Below are positions 55,575-59,997 of a stretch of 59,997 nt of DNA, piece after piece. Source of the DNA: an uncultured Gammaproteobacteria bacterium (GTDB lineage: Bacteria > Patescibacteriota > Microgenomatia > Daviesbacterales > UBA10151); contig CAYMIA010000007.1 of assembly GCA_964390595.1 (NCBI GenBank), positions 1 through 59,997 of the forward strand, in the 5' to 3' direction. How positions within the stretch are numbered: position 1 is the first letter of the stretch; every line of letters starts with the position of its first letter. Both the position numbers and the translations under genes were made by a program. The notes under the pieces were generated by a model. That model made no database searches and had not been told where the DNA came from. It was given only the letters and a program-made list of their open reading frames with translations.

Positions 55575-56651
55575 ATGAAAATTTCATTTAGTCTGCGTTT
55601 ATTTGACAAGATCTCTTTTTTAGATAAATTATTATTCACCAAGCATCTGACTGTGATGTTGAAAAGTGGAATTCCGCTGGCTGAGGCGATTGAGTCAATC
55701 CGTGAACAATCTCAAAACTTGGTTTTTAGAAGATTGTTGCGCAACATCGGCAAAGATGTCGCCAATGGTAAGTCTTTGGAGCAATCACTTAGTGTTCACC
55801 CGGAAGTTTTTGATCCTCTATATCTAAATTTGATTAAAATTGGCGAACAATCGGGGACTTTAGAAAATAATTTGCAATATTTAGCAGAGCACTTGAAAAA
55901 AAGTTATGATTTCCGAAAAAAGGTTCAATCAGCTCTGATGTATCCAGCAATTGTTTTGCTTTCTGCGGTAGGGGTGGGTGGGGGAATTAGCTTTTTTATT
56001 ATGCCTAAATTAGTGGATTTATTTAAGTCACTTGATGTTAAATTGCCACTGAGTACCCAGATTTTACTTTTTATATCTACTACCATGAGAGACTATGGCG
56101 TCATTATTTTTATTGCTCTAGTGATGCTGCTGATTTTTTTAAGAATTCTAATTGATCTGCCAAGTATCCGTCCTGGGTGGCATAAGCTGTTACTTAGTTT
56201 GCCGGTTTTGGGGCTTTTTTTACAAAATGTCGAAGTAGCTTCTTTTAGCCGGAACTTAGGGATTATGTTAAAAAGTGGGTTACCAATCGCGGCTGCTTTA
56301 GAGGCTGAAGAGAAAAGTACTGTCAATTTGGTTTTTAAAAACTATATCTCACATATTAGAAAGGCGGTTAGCAAGGGAGATACTATTTCTCAAGATCTGA
56401 GCAATGCTCATTTCCGTTTTATGCCACTGATGGTGAGTAAGATGATTGGGGTTGGTGAAAAAACTGGAAAATTAGATGAGACGCTGCTTTATTTGGGAGA
56501 TTTTTTTGAGGATGAGGTAGATAGCTATTCCAAAGATTTTGCTTCAATTTTGGAGCCGATTGTCTTGCTGATTATTGGAGGAGTGGTGGCCTTTGTGGCT
56601 TTGGCGATTATTTCTCCCATCTATCAGGTGACCAGTGGTATCCACAAATAA
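55575..56651 (+). CDS. pilC: Type IV pilus platform protein (PilC/GspF)
   Basis: Duplicated MLKSG.P..AL, GEQSGTL / GEKTGKL, ALMYP and LEP motifs. Confidence 0.95.
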   Translation: MKISFSLRLFDKISFLDKLLFTKHLTVMLKSGIPLAEAIESIREQSQNLVFRRLLRNIGKDVANGKSLEQSLSVHPEVFDPLYLNLIKIGEQSGTLENNLQYLAEHLKKSYDFRKKVQSALMYPAIVLLSAVGVGGGISFFIMPKLVDLFKSLDVKLPLSTQILLFISTTMRDYGVIIFIALVMLLIFLRILIDLPSIRPGWHKLLLSLPVLGLFLQNVEVASFSRNLGIMLKSGLPIAAALEAEEKSTVNLVFKNYISHIRKAVSKGDTISQDLSNAHFRFMPLMVSKMIGVGEKTGKLDETLLYLGDFFEDEVDSYSKDFASILEPIVLLIIGGVVAFVALAIISPIYQVTSGIHK

Positions 56652-56652
56652 A

Positions 56653-57084
56653 ATGAACTCAAGGGGTTTTTCTTTAATCGAACTACTACTGGTAATTGCG
56701 ATAGTGACTGTGTTGTCGGCAATGACGGCGACATTTTATTCGAGATTTTTAAATCAAAATTCGGTTGCCAATGTGACTGATCAAGTAGTAGGGGATTTAA
56801 GAAAAGCTCAAACTTATGCCATGATGGGCAAGAAAAACGGTAATTGGGGGGTGACCTTTAATGCCTCAAAAATTTATCTATATCAAGGGGCTAATTTTGG
56901 TGCTAGAAATACCGCTCTTGATGAGACGTTTTCAGTAGCTTCTTCAGTGTCTATTTCTGGGTTAGGTGACGTGAATTTTGTCAGATCAACTGGATTGCCA
57001 AATGCAGGCACCACTATCACTATTTTTACAACTGCAGATTCTAAAACTGTGACTGTTAATTCTCAAGGGATGGTAACGAGATGA
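56653..57084 (+). CDS. Minor pilin (FimT/GspH-like)
   Basis: RG/FSLIELLLVIAI N-methylation motif with E5; ATG 56653 follows the pilC stop. Confidence 0.9.
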   Translation: MNSRGFSLIELLLVIAIVTVLSAMTATFYSRFLNQNSVANVTDQVVGDLRKAQTYAMMGKKNGNWGVTFNASKIYLYQGANFGARNTALDETFSVASSVSISGLGDVNFVRSTGLPNAGTTITIFTTADSKTVTVNSQGMVTR

Positions 57085-58847
57085 ACGAACGGGGGTTTTC
57101 AGTTCTAGAGGTCATTTTAGCGGCAGCTATTTTTGTAGTCATGGGGGTTTCGGCGGTGATTGTGGTTTTGCAGGGGTTGAATACTAACCGGTTGGGTAAT
57201 GAATTTACCGTAGCAAATCAATACGCCTCTGAAGGAGTGGAGGTCGCTCGGTCAATCAAAAACCGGGCCTTTGCTAATCTAATTAACTCAGCGGGAACTG
57301 GAGTGGCGTTTTCTGGAGGTAATTGGACATTTTCTGGAAGTAACAATACACTTGTCCACAATACTGGAGATAACTACACCCGGGTTATCATAGTTGCTGA
57401 TGTGCAGCGGGACGGGAGTGGGAATATTGTTTCTTCAGGTGGAACTGTTGACCCGATGACTAAGAAGGTGACATCGGCTGTCTCTTGGAATTTTACTTCA
57501 GCCAGGCCAGAGAATATTAGCCTATCAACCTATTTAAGTGATTGGCGCAAAGCATTACCAACTAGGGGGGGAATGTTAGTTTATGGGGATGGTGGAATTA
57601 CTTCAGATGCAATCAAGTACCAAATATTAGATAGTACAACTGGTAACTGGAGTAGCGCAGCATCCACTGCGGATATAGATGCAGCTACCACAAATAAATA
57701 TCTCAGATCGGCTAAGGTTTTTTCTTCTTCAACCAGAAATGAAAAAATATTAATTTCACGACATTACAATGGTACATCTCAGTTTATTTATGGTCAGGTG
57801 TATAACGGTTCGACTTGGGGAAATGTCGTCTTGCTGGCGACTCTGAATGTAAAAACATTTTTAGATGTGCGTAACTTTGATGGAACTTATCTAAACAATG
57901 GTAACTTTATAGTTGTATATTCAGATAATACAACGACCCCAAAATATCAGACTTGGAATGGTTCGTCTTGGTCAGGTCAATCTGGGACTGTGGCCGTAGG
58001 GGGGATTCCTACCTATATTCTGGCTAGGGCTAGACCGGGAACTGATGAGGTGATGATGGCGACATTTGATCAGGGTCTGGATACCTATACTTCCTATTAC
58101 AATGGGGTATCGTGGTCAGCAGCGGTGGTACATAGTACCGCAGCACCCCTTAATACAAAAGAATCAGTGGATTTTGTGTGGAGCCCTCAGAATAGCTTAA
58201 AGGGTGCCTTAGTCTATGCACCAGGATCTGTTAATACCTTGGCTTTGAAGATCTGGACTGCTAATGGTTCAGGAGGTGGAGGTTGGAGTAGTGCCGTCAA
58301 TTCGGCTGCTTCAGGAAATAAACTGGGTCCGACAAATATAGATGGCAGATTTGGCAGTGAAGAGTTTTTGTCATGCCAGAAAGATGCGAACAGTGACATC
58401 TATTGTTTCCGGGGTTCTTCAACTCCGGCATGGGCTAGTCCGACAAATAACATTCTAACGACTACATCTGATACAGGGATTCAAAGAAGTTTTGATTTAA
58501 GCTTTGAGGCAGCTAGTGGGATTCAGGGTATCGCTGTTTATTCAGATAACACCTCTACTCCAAAATTAAAAAAATACACGGCGGGCTCTAATTCTTTTGA
58601 TGCTTCGGCGGTAAGTCTAACTACTCTCGGAGGAGTTTTAAAAACAGTTAGAACCAGACCATTATCTGATAATGACGATATTATGATACTCGAGTCGGAT
58701 GCTAATAATGATTTATTCTCTGTAGTTTGGAATGGAAGTGCCGATGCACTCTTTACTTCGCCAGCTGGGAAAGCTCATACAGCACATGGTACAAACGGTT
58801 CAGCAACGACTGATTTCTGGTATGACTTTGCATGGGATAAATTTTAA
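57081..58847 (+). CDS. Large minor pilin (PilV-like N-terminus) with repetitive beta-rich C-terminal domain, possible adhesin
   Basis: RG/FSVLEVIL prepilin motif; about 430 aa Ser/Thr/Gly-rich domain with recurring (W/Y)NG.SWS units. Confidence 0.82.
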   Translation: MNERGFSVLEVILAAAIFVVMGVSAVIVVLQGLNTNRLGNEFTVANQYASEGVEVARSIKNRAFANLINSAGTGVAFSGGNWTFSGSNNTLVHNTGDNYTRVIIVADVQRDGSGNIVSSGGTVDPMTKKVTSAVSWNFTSARPENISLSTYLSDWRKALPTRGGMLVYGDGGITSDAIKYQILDSTTGNWSSAASTADIDAATTNKYLRSAKVFSSSTRNEKILISRHYNGTSQFIYGQVYNGSTWGNVVLLATLNVKTFLDVRNFDGTYLNNGNFIVVYSDNTTTPKYQTWNGSSWSGQSGTVAVGGIPTYILARARPGTDEVMMATFDQGLDTYTSYYNGVSWSAAVVHSTAAPLNTKESVDFVWSPQNSLKGALVYAPGSVNTLALKIWTANGSGGGGWSSAVNSAASGNKLGPTNIDGRFGSEEFLSCQKDANSDIYCFRGSSTPAWASPTNNILTTTSDTGIQRSFDLSFEAASGIQGIAVYSDNTSTPKLKKYTAGSNSFDASAVSLTTLGGVLKTVRTRPLSDNDDIMILESDANNDLFSVVWNGSADALFTSPAGKAHTAHGTNGSATTDFWYDFAWDKF

Positions 58848-58851
58848 AATC

Positions 58852-59376
58852 ATGAATTACAAAAAAAATAATTCTGAAAAAGGGTTTACTTTTGTGGAAA
58901 TGATTTTATATGTGGCGATTGTAGTAATTGTGGTGGATAGCTTAATTCCATTTGCTTGGAATATGATCGAAACTGGAGTTAAGAGTTCAGTCCAACAAGA
59001 GGTCTCATCAAACGCCCGCTTTGTAGCGGAAAGAATTAAGTATGAAATCCGCAACGCCAAGGATATAAATACTGGTTCTTCGACTTTTGGAACTAATCCA
59101 GGAACGCTTTCCCTAGTTGATTTTAGCGCTGGTTCTGACCCCACAATAATTAATATCTCTGGGGGCAAGGTAATGGTTAAGCAGGGAGCAGCTGGCGCAG
59201 TGGCATTAAATTCTAATGATACAACTATTACTAATTTAGTGTTTACAAACAATAGCTCTGCCAACACCAAAAATATTAGTTTTACTTTTACTTTGCAGTC
59301 TAACTATGCGACTACTCGACAAGAATATTCGGGAAATATTGTGATTCAATCTAGTGCGGAAGTGAGGAGCTTTTAA
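58852..59376 (+). CDS. Minor pilin (PilW/GspJ-like)
   Basis: KG/FTFVEMILY and IKYEIRNA. ATG 58852 is the plausible start, not 58732. Confidence 0.85.
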   Translation: MNYKKNNSEKGFTFVEMILYVAIVVIVVDSLIPFAWNMIETGVKSSVQQEVSSNARFVAERIKYEIRNAKDINTGSSTFGTNPGTLSLVDFSAGSDPTIINISGGKVMVKQGAAGAVALNSNDTTITNLVFTNNSSANTKNISFTFTLQSNYATTRQEYSGNIVIQSSAEVRSF

Positions 59377-59754
59377 ATGACAAACCAAAAAGGTTATATC
59401 GCCTTGTCTTTAGTTTTAATTCTTTTAGCAGTTATCTCTGCGATTGCGATTACAGTTTCGCTGCTATCAATAGGTGAAGGTCAATCTGGTTTGGCCTCCT
59501 ACCTTGGAGAGGATACTCTGACTTTTGTTGAGGGCTGCACCGAAGATGCGATTTTAAAAGCCCGGGCAAGCAGTAGCTACACAGGGGGAAATATTACTAG
59601 ACCTGAAGGGGCATGTACTGTGGGAGTTTCTAAAGCTGGTAATGTTTGGACTTTAACTGTTAGTACTACCAATACTCAATATGTTCGAACGATTCAGGCA
59701 GTTATTAATAGAGTGGCACCAGCAATTACTATAACCAGTTGGCGAGAAATTTAA
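59377..59754 (+). CDS. Minor pilin (PilX-like, lacks E5)
   Basis: QKG/YIALSLVLIL, EGCTEDAI and terminal SWREI. Confidence 0.82.
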   Translation: MTNQKGYIALSLVLILLAVISAIAITVSLLSIGEGQSGLASYLGEDTLTFVEGCTEDAILKARASSSYTGGNITRPEGACTVGVSKAGNVWTLTVSTTNTQYVRTIQAVINRVAPAITITSWREI

Positions 59755-59800
59755 AAGAATAGTTGACAAAGTATTCAGAAAGCATCTATTCTAATAAGTG

Positions 59801-59997
59801 ATGAGAAGTGTACTGCCTATTTTTAAGAAATCTTTAAGTGGAACTCAAAAAGGTTTCACCTTGATTGAGTTGTTGGTGGTAATTGCAATTATTGCCTCTT
59901 TGGCGATTGTGGTATTTGTAGCGCTTAATCCTGGTGGAAGACTTCGGGATTCCAGAGATGCGAGAAGAACAGCTGATGTGGATTCAATTCTAACAGA
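59801..59997 (+). CDS. Type IV pilin, probable major pilin (3'-truncated by window edge; not in ORF track)
   Basis: MRSVLPIFKKSLSGTQKG/FTLIELLVVIAIIASLAIVVFVALNP...SRDARR, with its own promoter TTGACA(59763-59768)-18-TATTCT. Confidence 0.9.
   Translation, partial: MRSVLPIFKKSLSGTQKGFTLIELLVVIAIIASLAIVVFVALNPGGRLRDSRDARRTADVDSILT

Overview
A gene-dense, AT-rich bacterial chromosome segment using the standard code (TGA and TAG both end clear genes). Most genes lie on the G/T-rich + strand. The gene content and style suggest a Patescibacteria (CPR) genome, probably Microgenomates; this is inference, not a database match. Supporting features are the split transketolase, class II RNR, HppA, sortase, many pilins, HQLR-type kinases and orphan genes with their own promoters. 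Core genes: split transketolase, PfkB kinase, class II aldolase, FAD-linked oxidoreductase, Grx-TrxR fusion, L,D-transpeptidase, D,D-carboxypeptidase, cyclophilin, nrdR-nrdJ, cobO/btuR, lon, hppA, tRNA-Glu(CTC), lysS, serS, secA, three histidine kinases, two receiver proteins, and a type IV pilus operon running off the right end. Recognisable regulatory sites are two NrdR boxes, a CIRCE-like operator at lon, one bidirectional terminator and many sigma70-type promoters whose -10 box sits 6-8 nt before the ATG (apparently leaderless mRNAs). No CRISPR array, prophage or transposase was seen. The most unusual observations are: (1) an RNase II/R-fold protein with degenerate catalytic motifs fused to dsRNA-binding domains; (2) a synonymous-variant duplicate of the last codons of secA, separated from secA by a long imperfect hairpin; (3) a headless GIY-YIG remnant reading into tRNA-Glu; (4) a sortase beside a LAETG substrate, plus a shared 'VLG/VLA' motif in three surface proteins; (5) a stalk-mounted LCAT-like lipase; (6) sensor kinases and a receiver built into the pilus locus; (7) several small ORFs absent from the ORF track.
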